From NCBI RefSeq assembly GCF_003334385.1, contig NZ_QOWN01000227.1: a stretch of DNA of 222 nucleotides; one strand, written 5' to 3'. The DNA comes from Escherichia coli. Lineage in GTDB: Bacteria > Pseudomonadota > Gammaproteobacteria > Enterobacterales > Enterobacteriaceae. The position numbers were made by a program, and so were the translations under genes. Shown piece by piece: positions 1-222 of this stretch. How positions within the stretch are numbered: position 1 is the first letter of the stretch; each line of letters starts with the position of its first letter. The notes beneath the pieces are model-generated. The model saw only the letters and a list, made by a program, of their open reading frames with translations. It did no database searches and was not told where the DNA came from.

Positions 1-222
1 TGGCGGTCGTAGCGAAGGGCATCAGGCTGTTTGCGCATTGATGCCGAGATACGCTTCCAGTCTTCGCGGTCGTTGTCGATAACTTCATTTTTTGCCCAGC
101 GATGGATGCTGCCGTCAATGTTTCCGGCATCCACATCACCAGGCCAGAGAGCGTAGGCCAGTTCGTCATCCAGTGTTTTCCATGTCTGCTTGTATTCGCG
201 ATGAATGGCAGCAATGACCGGG
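1..222 (-). CDS. Internal fragment of a protein-coding gene, truncated at both window edges; hypothetical protein of unrecognised family. Codons run from + 221 down to + 3; 73 complete codons.
   Basis: Seen in sequence: the minus-strand frame is stop-free across the whole window while all three plus-strand frames are interrupted. The translation (PVIAAIHREYKQTWKTLDDELAYALWPGDVDAGNIDGSIHRWAKNEVIDNDREDWKRISASMRKQPDALRYDR) has a balanced, hydrophilic, globular-protein-like composition (10 Asp, 4 Glu, 7 Arg, 5 Lys, 4 Trp). Third-position choices resemble highly used enterobacterial codons. There is no in-window start codon with a convincing Shine-Dalgarno sequence, so the gene start lies beyond + 222 and the stop beyond + 1. 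Product assignment is not possible without a homology search. Confidence 0.72.

Noticed and set aside
36-38. In-frame ATG (Met in SASMRKQ) as a possible start of the minus-strand gene
   Set aside because: No purine-rich Shine-Dalgarno sequence at appropriate spacing upstream in transcript sense, and the upstream reading frame continues uninterrupted with protein-like sequence. Read as an internal methionine.
3-73. 8-bp direct repeat gcggtcgt at 3-10 and 66-73
   Set aside because: An exact 8-mer recurring once in 222 bp is about what chance predicts (expected count roughly 0.3). Both copies simply encode Asp-Arg codons in the same frame of the ORF.
88-93. T-run as a possible rho-independent terminator
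   Set aside because: No GC-rich stem-loop immediately precedes it on the plus strand, and on the minus (transcript) strand it is an A-run, not a U-tract.
132-134. In-frame GTG (Val in GDVDAG) as a possible start
   Set aside because: The only SD-like string (ggtga) directly abuts the GTG, so spacing is wrong, and the upstream frame is open and protein-like. Read as an internal codon.
132-147. Chi-like sequence (minus strand reads gcctggtg)
   Set aside because: It is a near-miss, not the Chi octamer GCTGGTGG, and the reverse complement ccaccagc is absent.
13-153. Plus-strand frame-1 open stretch of 47 codons between TAG at 10-12 and TAG at 154-156
   Set aside because: Its translation is Arg/Ser/Phe-rich and not protein-like, it is bounded by stops, and its only ATGs lie close to its 3' end and lack a Shine-Dalgarno sequence. 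It is the antisense shadow of the minus-strand gene.
141-161. 7-bp direct repeat aggccag at 141-147 and 155-161
   Set aside because: Short, with 14-bp spacing that is not codon-periodic, and no flanking features. Consistent with chance within coding sequence.
1-222. CRISPR array, tRNA/rRNA, insertion-sequence ends or promoter elements
   Set aside because: No repeat-spacer periodicity, no cloverleaf-compatible segments, no terminal inverted repeats. The window is fully occupied by one continuous ORF, so regulatory calls would be unsupported.

Overview
The 222-bp window (about 54% GC by my count) is most simply explained as an internal fragment of one protein-coding gene on the minus strand, with no start or stop codon inside the window. 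All three plus-strand frames contain stops (frame 1: TAG at 10-12 and 154-156; frame 2: TAA at 80-82; frame 3: TGA at 39-41). On the minus strand, all five stop triplets (all TGA) fall in one frame, and the other two frames are open end to end. The frame whose codons end at + coordinate 3 translates to PVIAAIHREYKQTWKTLDDELAYALWPGDVDAGNIDGSIHRWAKNEVIDNDREDWKRISASMRKQPDALRYDR (73 aa). It has a protein-like, charged, Asp/Arg-rich composition with 4 Trp, and enterobacterial-style codon choice (CTG, GAA, GAC, CGC, AAA). I do not recognise this peptide as belonging to any named family from memory, and no database search was run, so the product is left as hypothetical. I see no rRNA, tRNA, CRISPR repeats, mobile-element ends, promoter or terminator. 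A 222-bp, wholly intragenic window cannot support any claim of a multi-gene system; whether this gene belongs to something novel can only be settled from flanking sequence and homology searches.
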